Position numbers and translations under genes: made by a program. 64,000 bases of DNA, from positions 5,728,001-5,792,000 of the forward strand of contig OY760175.1 of assembly GCA_963663165.1 (NCBI GenBank), written 5' to 3'. This DNA comes from an uncultured Desulfospira sp. GTDB lineage: Bacteria > Desulfobacterota > Desulfobacteria > Desulfobacterales > Desulfobacteraceae. Position 1 is the stretch's first letter; each line of letters starts with the position of its first letter. Under the pieces are notes generated by a model. It saw only the letters and a program-made list of their open reading frames with translations. It was not told where the DNA came from and made no database searches. Positions 36,494 through 46,742 of this stretch are shown here, one piece after another.

Positions 36494-39400
36494 TTACTCG
36501 CAGACCGATCCTAAATTTTCCGATATCCGTTCAAGGTCCAGATGATTGACCTGGCCGCTTTCGTCCAGATCGGCCCGGGGGTTCCAGTTGTCATCTCCTT
36601 CCTGGGCGCCCATGGCTGCGGCCATGGCGGCAAGGTCTGCGCCGTCTACATCGCAGTCGCCGTCCAGATCTCCTGTCAGCGAATTCGTTCCCGCGGTGAT
36701 AAAGTTTGGCCTGACATAGGTGTCGGTAGCCCCGTTGCTGTCGGTGATGGTGAGAGATACGGTGTAAACCCCTTCAGCAAAGGTTTTCACCGGGTTCTGT
36801 TCCGCGGATGAGGTGCCGTCGCCAAAATCCCAGGCATAGGTATAGGGCGCAACCCCGTTTGAGCTTCGATCAATAAAGTTGATGGTCAGCGGCGGATCTC
36901 CGGTAAGGACGTCCCCTGCCGTTTCCTCGAAGGCGGCAATGGGGGCCTGCCCCGGCCCGATTTTGAGAAGCACAAATTCTGAGCTCCAGTCATTGGCGGC
37001 TGTGCCCCGGTTTAGCAAAATGGTATAGGTTCCGTCTTCATGGGCGATGATGGCCCTTGGCTCTTCAAATTCATATGGATCGGTGCCGTCATTCTGTATC
37101 CAGCCCCACAGGTATTCCCCGTCGCTGCTGAATTTGAACAGCCCCCAGTCATAATAGCTTTGGGAATCAGCATCCCTGACCATGCCGGCCATGAGATATC
37201 CGCCGTCGTTTGTCCAGGTGCCGGTCATAAGCCTTTCTATGGCCGTGTGGTAACTATTGTTCAGGTCATCGGGTACGACAGTTTCCCAGACCGTTTCACC
37301 GCTGGCATTTACCTTGGCCAGAAAAATCTGGTCATACAGTCCCCCTGCCACAAGATACCCGCCGTCATCGGCCTGGCCCACCCACTGTCCGTAATAGCGG
37401 TGAAGAAAGGTAGAGGGGTTCGTATCCGGCCAGCTGGTGAAAAAGTTTACCGTTCCTAAGTTGTTGGTATGCACCAGGGGAACCGGATCTGCGCCTTTCA
37501 GCTGGCCGCCCGTCAAAAGGAGGCTGTTTCCACTGTCCACCCGCTCCATGGCCGTGAATGCCAGGGGATCTGAAAAAAGGGCATCCTCTGCCGGCTGATG
37601 GTGCCCCTCGCCATCAATCCTGGCCAGCCAGGCCTGAGTGTCTAATATACCGGTGCTGTTATACCGGACCCCGGCCACCCAGTAGCCGTCATCCATGACC
37701 ACGATGTCAAAACCGTGGTCTGCATACCCGTTGTCAATGGTTTCCTGCCATTGGCAGGTCCCCTGGGCATTGGTCTTGACCACCCAGAGGTTCTGGCTCT
37801 CGTAGTCTTGATAGTGGCGGTCAACATATCCCGTGATCACCATACTGCCATCGTCTTCCAGGGCAATGGCTTCGCCGGCACAAAGGATATATGTTTCAGG
37901 ATTGTACCCGTATCCTTCAAAATACTGCTGCCAGAGAAACATGCCCCGGTCATCTGTTTTGATAAGGACCGGATCAAAGCCGTAAGCGTTGTCCCAGAGC
38001 GCGGCATAACCTGTAACCGCGAACCCGCCGTCCGGTGTCTGCACCATGTCGAGACCGGCCATCTTAAGGTTGGAAACGGATTCATCAGGGCGGTACCGGC
38101 TGTTGTCGTACACCCGTTCCCACTGGATGGTCATGAACTGGACATTGACTGATTTTTTAACACAAACCTGGACCCCGTCTTCATCCCATACGGTGAGGGT
38201 GACTTCATAGGTTCCGGGCGTTGCAAAGGCGTGGGTGATTTCAGCCCCGGCATCCGGGAGAACCGTGCCGTCCCCAAAGTCCCAGTCATATTGAATGTTT
38301 GAATCATCACCGTCCGGATCTGACGCCGTGGCCGTGAACGAAGTGCCCACCTCGACAATAACCGGTTCCGGGCTGTAGGTAAAATCAACAACAGGGGGAT
38401 AGTACCGGGATTTCAGTGTTTTTACGACCCATGCATGGGGCTCTTTTGATCCGTCGGAATCCGAGTCAAAGGAGACAGTGGCCGCAACGACCAGGCGGGA
38501 ATCGCCCGTCTCTGTTTCCGGAAGGTAAATCAGGTCCATTCCCTTGTCATTTCCTTCTCCGCCAAGGGTTTTATCCCAGAGAAGGTTGCCGTTAAAATCG
38601 GTTCCCACAAGCCAGACATCCAGGCCCCCGCGTCCTTTCAGGTTGGTACTGCCCACCATGACGTATCCGTAATCGGTTTTGACCACTTTGACCAATTCAC
38701 ACTGGTCTTCGGTGCAGCCGTATCTTTGAAGCCACAATTCGTTTCCATCGTCATCTATTTTGGCAAGGGCCGGGAAAAAATCCGATTCAGTGTAGCGGGT
38801 AGTCACAACGATGGTGTCGCTTCCCTCTTCAAGGATGTCCCGGTAGTTCAAATATCCGCCGGTGTATTTCCATTCGATTTCCAGGGTTTCATCCAGCTTC
38901 CAGACCCCGCCGTCGCTGCTCAAAAGGTACCCGTCATCAAGCTCAAGGATGTCTGTCATGCCGGCACCGCCTGAATACCAGGTGGTTCTCCACTGGCTGT
39001 CATACAAATTGAGCTTTTCCCAGATCACGCCACCAAGACAGTTGGTTTTAAACAGGCTGCCGTGAAGGGAGCTTGATCCGTAAAGCGTGTTGGCGGCCAG
39101 CAGGAAATCATAGGTCTGGGTTGCCGGGTCGTACACCGGGGTGACAACCTTGCCGCGGGAGTAATACACATAAAGGGGGGTGCCGTCCGGGTCCACTTCC
39201 TGGGGAAACCGGTTGGCATAATTTACGTCCACAATATCGGTTCCCGAGCTGAAGGTTTTTAACAGCCAGGCCCCTTTGATATAGGTGTAATCCGAGCCGT
39301 CGCTGTAATCCACCCGTTCGTATCTTGAGCCTGCGAATACGTAGTGCTCCTCACCTTCTAAGGCCGGTATGACGGCCACATCGTTCAGCCCGGTACACAC

Positions 39401-39808
39401 CCCTTCCGAAGGCGGTCCAAGATCAACATGGGAAACAAAATCCGTGACATCCACGGTCCCACAGGTCACACAGATGCCCGGATCGCAATGATAGATGGCT
39501 TCATCAGCAAAAGAGCGGTAATACTGGCGATCCCCGCTGTCGTTCAGTTTAAAGAAAACGGCGTATCCGCCTTTTTCGTCTCCGGTATGGTACATATCCG
39601 GGTCTATAAAGGAAACAAAACCCGTGACAATATATCCATCGCTGGTCTTGGCAATGGCGGTGGCCTGATCCGGTTCCGGATTGATGCTGCCCCATTCACA
39701 GCCCGGGGGATTTTCAAAGTCGCTCTGGGTGTCGGCAACTGCCGGTCCCGGGGCCAGTAAGAAACATAATAAAAACAGCTTGCCGGCTTTAAAGATGCTT
39801 TTTTTCAT
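36494..39808 (-). CDS. Large secreted protein with beta-propeller-like repeats, two PKD domains and a C-terminal dockerin-like motif
   Basis: Signal peptide; repeated DVWLVKTDxxGxxxW-like units; WDFGDG x2; GDLDGDCDVDGADL...ADLDESGQVNHLDL. Confidence 0.85.
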   Translation of the reverse strand: MKKSIFKAGKLFLLCFLLAPGPAVADTQSDFENPPGCEWGSINPEPDQATAIAKTSDGYIVTGFVSFIDPDMYHTGDEKGGYAVFFKLNDSGDRQYYRSFADEAIYHCDPGICVTCGTVDVTDFVSHVDLGPPSEGVCTGLNDVAVIPALEGEEHYVFAGSRYERVDYSDGSDYTYIKGAWLLKTFSSGTDIVDVNYANRFPQEVDPDGTPLYVYYSRGKVVTPVYDPATQTYDFLLAANTLYGSSSLHGSLFKTNCLGGVIWEKLNLYDSQWRTTWYSGGAGMTDILELDDGYLLSSDGGVWKLDETLEIEWKYTGGYLNYRDILEEGSDTIVVTTRYTESDFFPALAKIDDDGNELWLQRYGCTEDQCELVKVVKTDYGYVMVGSTNLKGRGGLDVWLVGTDFNGNLLWDKTLGGEGNDKGMDLIYLPETETGDSRLVVAATVSFDSDSDGSKEPHAWVVKTLKSRYYPPVVDFTYSPEPVIVEVGTSFTATASDPDGDDSNIQYDWDFGDGTVLPDAGAEITHAFATPGTYEVTLTVWDEDGVQVCVKKSVNVQFMTIQWERVYDNSRYRPDESVSNLKMAGLDMVQTPDGGFAVTGYAALWDNAYGFDPVLIKTDDRGMFLWQQYFEGYGYNPETYILCAGEAIALEDDGSMVITGYVDRHYQDYESQNLWVVKTNAQGTCQWQETIDNGYADHGFDIVVMDDGYWVAGVRYNSTGILDTQAWLARIDGEGHHQPAEDALFSDPLAFTAMERVDSGNSLLLTGGQLKGADPVPLVHTNNLGTVNFFTSWPDTNPSTFLHRYYGQWVGQADDGGYLVAGGLYDQIFLAKVNASGETVWETVVPDDLNNSYHTAIERLMTGTWTNDGGYLMAGMVRDADSQSYYDWGLFKFSSDGEYLWGWIQNDGTDPYEFEEPRAIIAHEDGTYTILLNRGTAANDWSSEFVLLKIGPGQAPIAAFEETAGDVLTGDPPLTINFIDRSSNGVAPYTYAWDFGDGTSSAEQNPVKTFAEGVYTVSLTITDSNGATDTYVRPNFITAGTNSLTGDLDGDCDVDGADLAAMAAAMGAQEGDDNWNPRADLDESGQVNHLDLERISENLGSVCE

Positions 39809-40188
39809 AGGTGCCTTCCTTTAAAATCTTTTTAGTTTTACCCCTTTGCCGGTGCAGGGAAAGTACACCGGTGAAACAGTGGGCAGGTGCCTGTCGTGCG
39901 GGCCGACAGGGGTCTTTTAAAAGGATAGATGCAGTTTTCTGTGGAAGCGGTTTGAGGTGCCAGCAAGTAATGATGAACCGGAAAGGCCTGGCTCAGCCCA
40001 ATTTAAATCTGATGAAAATCAATTTGCGGTAGGGGTACTTTAGAATAGTGCCCGGGGGTTTGTCAAAGAGAAATTAAGGAAATTAGAGGGCGCCTGACGG
40101 AATCGATGGCAAACCTTATTAAAAGAATGGAGACCGGAAGAAAGGAGACGGGAGGCCGAAACCGTCAAGTTCCCTGGTTTGAGCGGCA

Positions 40189-40243
40189 AGGTTGGAGCGG
40201 GCCATGCCCGCGATTCGATCGCGGGCATGGCCCGCTCCAACCT
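40189..40243. repeat. Perfect REP-like palindrome (26-bp arms)
   Basis: AGGTTGGAGCGGGCCATGCCCGCGAT-TCG-ATCGCGGGCATGGCCCGCTCCAACCT. Confidence 0.85.
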
Positions 40244-40300
40244 ATTATCTGCAGAAAATATGATGATGGATACCGGATGTTGCGGTGGTGTTGGGCCGCC

Positions 40301-40385
40301 TGTAGGGCGATTCATGAATCGCCCTTACATGAATCGCCCCTACATGAATAACCATTAGGTGGGCAATTCATGAATTGCCCTTACA
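40301..40385. repeat. REP-like GTAG-GGCGATTCATGAATCGCCC cluster
   Basis: GTAG-headed palindromes GGGCGATTCATGAATCGCCC and GGGCAATTCATGAATTGCCC with a tandem partial copy. Confidence 0.75.
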
Positions 40386-40520
40386 TCGTCATCATCTGTA
40401 ATAATGACAATCCAAAATTCAATTTTATTCCCCCTATTCCCCCTTCCGGAATGGATTGTTTTTTTACATGCGATTGCCCTGATCCTGAATCCGGGACAGC
40501 TTAAAATGGCATGGAAAGTC

Positions 40521-41411
40521 CTAACCCCCTGTTATTACAATCCCCGCTGCAAACAAAAGACTGAACAGAAACGCAAGCTTTGCCGTATCCGCCAGGCATA
40601 AATTAAGCACCTCGCCTTTGTGCCGTGAAATCGTATCAAACAGGGGCACAATTTTATAAAACACAACCAACGGCATCAGTATCCAGGCGGTATACGATCC
40701 TGTGGCAAACATCAGGCAGGGAATCAAAAATGAAACCAGAACCAGAATAATGTATTCCATTTTTGTTTTGGCAGCACCGATCATCACGGCAAGGGTTTGC
40801 TTGCCCGCCCTTTCATCGGTCTCAATGTCCCGCAGGTTATTCACCACCAGGATGGCCGTGATGAGCAGCCCCACCGGAATGGATGCCGTACAACATCCCC
40901 GGCTCAGGGTATGGCCCATTAGATAATAGGTGCCGCACACCGCCACGGGACCGAAAAAAATAAAGACAAACACCTCTCCCAGCCCATTGGACGCAATGGG
41001 ATAGGGCCCGCCGCTGTAGCCTAGGGAACAGATCACCGAAACCACGGCAATGGCCAGGATCACAGGCCCGCCGTTGATCACCAGAAATCCCCCGAGCAAA
41101 AGACACAGGCCAAGGGTGAACAAGGTGGCATTGCGGACGGTTTCCGGTTTGATCAGCCCGCTCTGGGTGACCCGGACAGGGCCTTTGCGGTCCTCGGTGT
41201 CAATGTTGTTTTTGAAATCAAAATAATCATTTGCAAGGTTTACGGAGATCTGAATCAGCAAGGCGGCGGCCAGGGCGCAGATAAACATGAGAAACGAGAA
41301 ATGGTGATCTGCCATGGCACAGGCCGCCCCCACAACCACCGGACAGGCGGCAGCGGGTAAGGTTTTGGGCCGGATGGCCAGCCCCCAGTGGTTTAATTTC
41401 ATGATATCCAT
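40521..41411 (-). CDS. menA: 1,4-dihydroxy-2-naphthoate prenyltransferase
   Basis: RPKTLPAA, NLANDYFD, VNNLRDIETD...GKQTLAV. Confidence 0.92.
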   Translation of the reverse strand: MDIMKLNHWGLAIRPKTLPAAACPVVVGAACAMADHHFSFLMFICALAAALLIQISVNLANDYFDFKNNIDTEDRKGPVRVTQSGLIKPETVRNATLFTLGLCLLLGGFLVINGGPVILAIAVVSVICSLGYSGGPYPIASNGLGEVFVFIFFGPVAVCGTYYLMGHTLSRGCCTASIPVGLLITAILVVNNLRDIETDERAGKQTLAVMIGAAKTKMEYIILVLVSFLIPCLMFATGSYTAWILMPLVVFYKIVPLFDTISRHKGEVLNLCLADTAKLAFLFSLLFAAGIVITGG

Positions 41412-41415
41412 CGCT

Positions 41416-42168
41416 TTAATCCAAATAAAGGTGTTTGTTCACTTTAAGTTCTACGGCATAAACGGCAAAATAAATGGCCACGCCCAAAAGTCCCATGGCC
41501 AGGATTCCGGTGTACATTTCCGGGTACATCAGGATCTGGTAGGTTTCCACCACAATATAGTACCCAAGCCCGTATTGGGTTAAGGATTGTTCGGCAATAA
41601 AAAGGACGGCAATGGCCGTACCCGTGGAGACCCTTAATGCGGTCAGCACCGCCGGAACACAGGCCGGCAGATACACATACCTGAAAAGCGCCAGGCGCCC
41701 GGCCCCTAAAGAGCGGACCGACATGATCAGTTCGGGTTTCAGGCCGGCGGCCTCATCCCGGACCACCACAAGGATCTGGAAAAAAATAATCAGGGCAATC
41801 AAAAGGACTTTGGACAGGTCTGTGATGCCCATGAGAACATAGATGACCGGCAGAAAAATAATCTTGGGGATGGGATAGACAATGGCAATCAATGGCCCTG
41901 CCACACGATCCAGAGCCCGGATCTGTCCTAAGGCCAGGCCGGCCGGGGCAGCGGTTATGGTGGCCAGTGTTATCGCAGCCATGACCCTGGCCCCAGAGGC
42001 CAGAAAATGCAGCCCCAGTTCCCCGAAAATTGAGGCGGCAAAAAGGGGAAGAACCTTAACGGGAGACGGCAGGATGGGCCGGTGAACCAGAATGGCTGCC
42101 AGCCACCAGAGTGCCAGGAATAGGAACATTCCGGTTATGGTCCCGGTGAATGATCCTTTCTTTTTCAT
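41416..42168 (-). CDS. ABC transporter permease (SsuC/TauC-like)
   Basis: ILPSP, YPIPKI, RSLGA, IAE. Confidence 0.88.
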   Translation of the reverse strand: MKKKGSFTGTITGMFLFLALWWLAAILVHRPILPSPVKVLPLFAASIFGELGLHFLASGARVMAAITLATITAAPAGLALGQIRALDRVAGPLIAIVYPIPKIIFLPVIYVLMGITDLSKVLLIALIIFFQILVVVRDEAAGLKPELIMSVRSLGAGRLALFRYVYLPACVPAVLTALRVSTGTAIAVLFIAEQSLTQYGLGYYIVVETYQILMYPEMYTGILAMGLLGVAIYFAVYAVELKVNKHLYLD

Positions 42169-42959
42169 GAGGGCAGCCCGTCAATGGCGTTGTGAAGGGT
42201 ATCGCACATCTGTTCAAAGGCGCTGGTTTTAACGGCCGTCCTGTTTTTGGCCAGGGCTTTGGCCAGGGGATTGTCAAACAGGGTTCCCTGCCGGTTGATC
42301 CCGGTTTTAAGGACAAGAATTTTTGATCCCATGATCACCGCTTCCTCGATGTCATGGGTGACGGTGATGCTGGTTCGTAAAGTCTGCTGGTGGAGGTGGC
42401 TCATGACCTGCCGGAGTTCTTTGCGGATGGGGGCATCCAGAGCGGAAAACGGCTCATCCATGAGCAGCAGGTCCGGCTCAAGCACCAGGGTGCGGACTAT
42501 GGCGGCACGCTGGCGCTGTCCCCGGGACAACTGGCCCGGATATTTGCCACTGAACTCTTTGATTCCGAGACGTCCCAGCCAGTGATTGACCTGTTCGGTT
42601 TCCTTTTTCCGGTCAGATAAGCTTTCTTTAGGGGTGTGAATGCCATCAGGGCCGTAAAAGGACCGGATTTTAAACCCAAGCATGCTGTTGTCAAACACCG
42701 TGGCCCAGGGCAGAAGGCCATGGTCCTGGAGTACCAGGCCGGTCCGCGGCCTGGGCCGGGTCACCTGTGTTCCTTTGATCAGGATCTGTCCTTTTTCAGG
42801 CTGAAACAATCCTGCAATCAGGTATAACAAGGTGGTTTTCCCGCAGCCCGAAGGCCCGATAACGGTCCAGGATTCTCCGGGTTCAATGTCCAGGTTAAAC
42901 CCGCTGAAAACCCGGCTTCCTCCGGGGTAGGTATATGTCAGATCCTTGATGTTGATCAT
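42165..42959 (-). CDS. ABC transporter ATP-binding protein (SsuB/TauB-like)
   Basis: GPSGCGKT, LSRGQRQR, MDEPFSALD; likely start MINIKDL. Confidence 0.9.
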   Translation of the reverse strand: MINIKDLTYTYPGGSRVFSGFNLDIEPGESWTVIGPSGCGKTTLLYLIAGLFQPEKGQILIKGTQVTRPRPRTGLVLQDHGLLPWATVFDNSMLGFKIRSFYGPDGIHTPKESLSDRKKETEQVNHWLGRLGIKEFSGKYPGQLSRGQRQRAAIVRTLVLEPDLLLMDEPFSALDAPIRKELRQVMSHLHQQTLRTSITVTHDIEEAVIMGSKILVLKTGINRQGTLFDNPLAKALAKNRTAVKTSAFEQMCDTLHNAIDGLPS

Positions 42960-43050
42960 TGGCCGGATGGTTTTTCCCCTTTTGTTGTGGACCTGTTCCC
43001 GGGCTGGATAATCAAAGACAGTCCGGTTTCTGCCCTTCAGGGGATGACTG

Positions 43051-44016
43051 TTATTCCCGGAGAAAAGCATCGGTTACAGATGCGGCATAGTCAAGCTTTT
43101 TGTCTATCATTTTTTTGTCTATCATCCAGGCAATGACATCATCCCACTGGGCTTTGTCCGGCACTTCATTCACCGGATAGGCGGGGATTTTAAAGGATTG
43201 TCTGACATTGCCCGGCACCCGGATTTTTTTGAGCATCAAGGAACGATATAGTTCCGGATCAGCGTTGAGATCCCGGGCGGCCCGCATCCAGGCCCGGATA
43301 AACAAGGACAGGGCCTTTGGTTTATCCGCCAGGGACTGTTTGCTGAAGGTGAGTACGGATACACTTTTATCCGGCATATCTATATCACCCGCCAGTACAG
43401 TGGCGCCTTCTTTTACGGCACTTTCCGCCAGGGGGTCCGGCAAAGTGGCCGCTTTGATCCGGCCGGTTAACAGAAGCTGCAGCCGTTCGGGCAGAACCGG
43501 TACGGAGCTGGTGCTGATCTGGCCGGGATCAAATCCCGATTTTTCCAGAAGCCGGTCCGTGATATATTCAATAATGGTGTTTTTGGACACGGCAATATCC
43601 ACCCCTCTGAGCTGATCCACAGCGGTCAACCCTGCTTTGGGGGCGCCCAATATCCTGAACAGGGATTGGGAAATAGGGCGTCTTGCCGATGCCACCACAA
43701 CGGTTTTGATCCCTTTCCGGTTAAAACTGGCCGTTCCTGAAAGTTCGTTGAGCATACCATCCACCCGCCCGGCCTGCATGAGCTGATCCCGTTCAAGGCC
43801 GCTTCCCACAGGCAGCATTTCAACACGGATACCGGATTGCTCAAAGTATCCGTTATGTTCAGCCACAAAAGCGGGAAGCACATCCGGAACGGAAAGCAGG
43901 GCCATTCGAAGGGTATTGGACCGGCTGCCGGTGTCCGAAAATGAAGGCAGAGCAAAAACAAAGATTAACAGGACAGTTAAAACAATTTGAACCATGGTGA
44001 GGTTAGGTTTTCTCAT
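43051..44016 (-). CDS. ABC transporter substrate-binding protein (SsuA/NMT1-like)
   Basis: Signal peptide; PAFVAEHNGYF, ATLPDP. Confidence 0.82.
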   Translation of the reverse strand: MRKPNLTMVQIVLTVLLIFVFALPSFSDTGSRSNTLRMALLSVPDVLPAFVAEHNGYFEQSGIRVEMLPVGSGLERDQLMQAGRVDGMLNELSGTASFNRKGIKTVVVASARRPISQSLFRILGAPKAGLTAVDQLRGVDIAVSKNTIIEYITDRLLEKSGFDPGQISTSSVPVLPERLQLLLTGRIKAATLPDPLAESAVKEGATVLAGDIDMPDKSVSVLTFSKQSLADKPKALSLFIRAWMRAARDLNADPELYRSLMLKKIRVPGNVRQSFKIPAYPVNEVPDKAQWDDVIAWMIDKKMIDKKLDYAASVTDAFLRE

Positions 44017-44072
44017 TAGATCACCCTTAAATAGTTGTGGACAAGATTCCGCCGTAATGGAAAGTCCGGGGA

Positions 44073-44876
44073 TTACGCCCCGTGTTTCCGGGCGATTTTT
44101 TCAAACATCAGTGCAATGCCCTCATTGAGGGTATAGTTGGATTCGATATCAAGGTTGTCATCGGACACGGCATCAAAATAGATGTGAAGACTGGATTCAA
44201 GGCCGTCTTCAGGTTTCCAGTAGCAGACCATGAGGGGAAAATGGGGCAGGGGATACAGCACAATGGAGATATCCGAATCAATGGGGCCGTCAATCTGTTT
44301 TCCGTCAAAAATTTCCAGCATATCCGTGAACAGGCCGGTATAGGTGTCGGCCACGCGTTTGAGCGGTTTCTCACACCGCTGCTCAAAATGGGCATACCGT
44401 TCAGGCCCGCCGGAAAGTTCCCGGAAGGTGACCCAGTTGCCCTGGGGGACTTTTCCCGCCCCGTTCAAAATATAGGTTAAGGCCGGCACTACCATGTAGG
44501 CGTTGAGGTGGACTTCGCTGGCCAGGTTCCCTTTGGCATCAACGCTGAAATCCTTGCCAAAGACCTTGATGGTCAGCTTGTTGTCGGAAAACCGGGCCCC
44601 TAAGCGCTGGGCCGCCTCGGAAAGATTGATCAAAGGGATCTGCTGTTTTAAGGATTCAATGGCCTTGGCCTTATTCTCATCAATGGTATCGGGTTTTTCA
44701 ACGGCCCCCCCATACCGTTCAATCACCTCCCGGGGCAGATGGGGGCAGGCATGGATGGGCTTTCTCTCTTTAAAAACGGCCACGGCAAACGCCAGGCAGG
44801 TCTGTTCATTGCAGTCCCTGCAATTGGAGCCGTTCAACAGCTTGAAAATTTCCATTGGGTTATTGATCTGTGACAT
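44073..44876 (-). CDS. DUF3786-like protein with N-terminal Fe-S domain
   Basis: NCRDCNEQTCLAFA...CP Fe-S motif; WVTFRELSGG; PLPHFP. Confidence 0.8.
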   Translation of the reverse strand: MSQINNPMEIFKLLNGSNCRDCNEQTCLAFAVAVFKERKPIHACPHLPREVIERYGGAVEKPDTIDENKAKAIESLKQQIPLINLSEAAQRLGARFSDNKLTIKVFGKDFSVDAKGNLASEVHLNAYMVVPALTYILNGAGKVPQGNWVTFRELSGGPERYAHFEQRCEKPLKRVADTYTGLFTDMLEIFDGKQIDGPIDSDISIVLYPLPHFPLMVCYWKPEDGLESSLHIYFDAVSDDNLDIESNYTLNEGIALMFEKIARKHGA

Positions 44877-45004
44877 TGAAGCAAACCATTCCTTTTTCTA
44901 TCATTTTTACCGGGTAGCACTGTCCGCCGATTCAATATCAATTTTTAATGGCCAATGCAACCGCCCGGCAGGGAGATTTCAGGCAGCTTGCTTAAAGCTT
45001 AAAC

Positions 45005-45091
45005 TTACCGTTCAACCCGTTGCTCTTTTGACAAAAGGGCACAAACCCAGGACACTGCGGTGGGCTAAAAATCCTGAATCTGAACGGGTAT
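45005..45091. mobile_element. MITE-like palindromic element related to the 1857-1964 element
   Basis: Ends TTACCGTTCA...TGAACGGGTAT; internal hairpins TGCTCTTTTG/CAAAAGGGCA and CAGGA/TCCTG. Confidence 0.4.
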
Positions 45092-45194
45092 AGGTATAAA
45101 CGCCTTTTTTTTGAGGTCCCATCAGAATCAGGAGTTTAATATATTAAATTTAATCTTGCATTTCCCTGCCAGGGATGTTTAATCTCCAAAAAAT

Positions 45195-45279
45195 TGGACT
45201 TGGGACTTGGGATATGGGACTTGGGGATTGCGGCATCCACGGCCTCCCCAAGTCCCATATCCCATATCCCAAGTCTCAA
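45195..45279. repeat. Heptamer palindromic element (GGACTTG/GGATATG ... CAAGTCC/CATATCC), copy 1
   Basis: Near-identical copy at 50620-50697 and a half copy at 50971-50998. Confidence 0.85.
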
Positions 45280-45380
45280 CAATATACATTATTTTCCTTA
45301 CTGCTCGAAGATCCACCAAAATCAATTTTATAGAACATAAAATTGACCAAGGATCGGGGGAGCATCCGAATTTGTTATGT

Positions 45381-46517
45381 TTATTGTTGAAGACTATAAA
45401 TCTTCAGAAATTTTGAATTAACAGCCCCTTTGTTTATACAGACTACGTAATTGATACAAATCGAAAAGGTAATGGGCCAATATAATTTTAAAACATTGTT
45501 TAAAAAATAAAAAATTATTGAAACTAGAATTAAACTTAAAAAAGTCTGTACATATTTTGAATCGTCTTGATTGAAAGGGACTTCATCAATCATGGCCAGG
45601 CCGGTATAACAGATTGATCCCATAATTAAATTCCAGGCGGGAGAAATTATAAATAAATAATTCTGATTTTCAAAAACGTAAAAGCCGCTTTTGAATCCAA
45701 TAAAACTTAAAACTGTAAGCCCAAATATTTTCATGCAGAATACAGAAAAAGCATCTTTATTAGAATTGATTAGAAGATGGGTAAAGGAAGTAACCACTCC
45801 CAAAATTATAATCACTGAGGCGCCTAATATTAAACAACCATTTGTTATTGATTGAGAACTGGAATGATGGGCAGTTGGTGTAAAAAACGCTATAGCCTCT
45901 TTCCGGCACTCCGGATTGAAGAGGATCAAAAGAAAAAGTACGTATCCAAGTAAAAAAACAGATAATTCGCTGAAATCAGGATACAGGGATTTATAAAACT
46001 TCTCATAACTTGATATAGCTTTAGAGGCCTTATTGGCTATAACTGTTTTCCGGGGGGTGTTTTCAGGTCTGGCAAAATAATCTTTTTGATCCTCCATTTT
46101 GGTACTGCATTTTGGACATAGCCGGTCTGATGAGGCACAAATGGTTTGTTTTTTTAAACATGACGGACAAATTACGTTTAGCGGGGTACATTCTTCGGGT
46201 ACTATCTTGTTTGATGACCACTTTTGAACATTTTGGATAAGAATGTACATGAAGAAAAAATATAAGCCCAAACCAAAGAACAAAACGGAGCATCCTGCAT
46301 AAAAATAAACAGTGGTCATGGCATCCGGCCCGTGAATTTCAACAGAACCCGATTTTTGGGGAACGGTAATATAGCCTTTGTTCTCATAGGATCGGTAACT
46401 TGTAAAAGCCATGATCATTAAAACGAAACTGATGATAAATAACCAAAAAATGGTAGTTCTTGCAGATTTCTGTGAATTGAAATAAAAACGCGGCTTTTTA
46501 ATTGGTTTTGTATTCAT
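45381..46517 (-). CDS. AT-rich hypothetical membrane protein with CxxC...CxxC zinc-ribbon motif; probable integron gene cassette
   Basis: Many TM helices; CPSC...CPKC; bounded by GTTATGT (minus 46542-46536) and ACATAAC (minus 45380-45374). Confidence 0.75.
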   Translation of the reverse strand: MNTKPIKKPRFYFNSQKSARTTIFWLFIISFVLMIMAFTSYRSYENKGYITVPQKSGSVEIHGPDAMTTVYFYAGCSVLFFGLGLYFFFMYILIQNVQKWSSNKIVPEECTPLNVICPSCLKKQTICASSDRLCPKCSTKMEDQKDYFARPENTPRKTVIANKASKAISSYEKFYKSLYPDFSELSVFLLGYVLFLLILFNPECRKEAIAFFTPTAHHSSSQSITNGCLILGASVIIILGVVTSFTHLLINSNKDAFSVFCMKIFGLTVLSFIGFKSGFYVFENQNYLFIISPAWNLIMGSICYTGLAMIDEVPFNQDDSKYVQTFLSLILVSIIFYFLNNVLKLYWPITFSICINYVVCINKGAVNSKFLKIYSLQQ

Positions 46518-46742
46518 CTGAATTGTAGTTCAGGAACATAACGTTTGAGCCAACCAGCCGTCTAAAAATTGCCTTCTCTGATTTCGCCAAAGGTCTGGAT
46601 TCCGATGGGCAATTTTTTTATGACACAATCTGATCCCCTGACATTTCATGGCCTTTTGGCTTCATAAAGGTATCATAATGTCAGGGGAATGCAACTTTTT
46701 TTTGCAACACAGCATAAGGGTGGCTTTTTGTCCAAACACCCG

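Noticed and set aside
40100..40180. c-di-GMP-I riboswitch look-alike (CGATGGCAAACC...GGAGAC)
   Set aside because: It lacks the GNRA loop and GCAAA/P3 consensus, and no gene lies downstream in that orientation.
44960..45175. 6S RNA or riboswitch for the long enclosing inverted repeat
   Set aside because: No recognisable 6S or ykkC-type consensus or usual gene context; better explained as a MITE-like element. An Rfam scan would settle it.
46562..46690. Two inverted repeats downstream of trpB2 (AAAAATTGCC/GGCAATTTTT; CCCCTGACATT/AATGTCAGGGG)
   Set aside because: Plausibly terminator or element remnants, but long loops and no further evidence.
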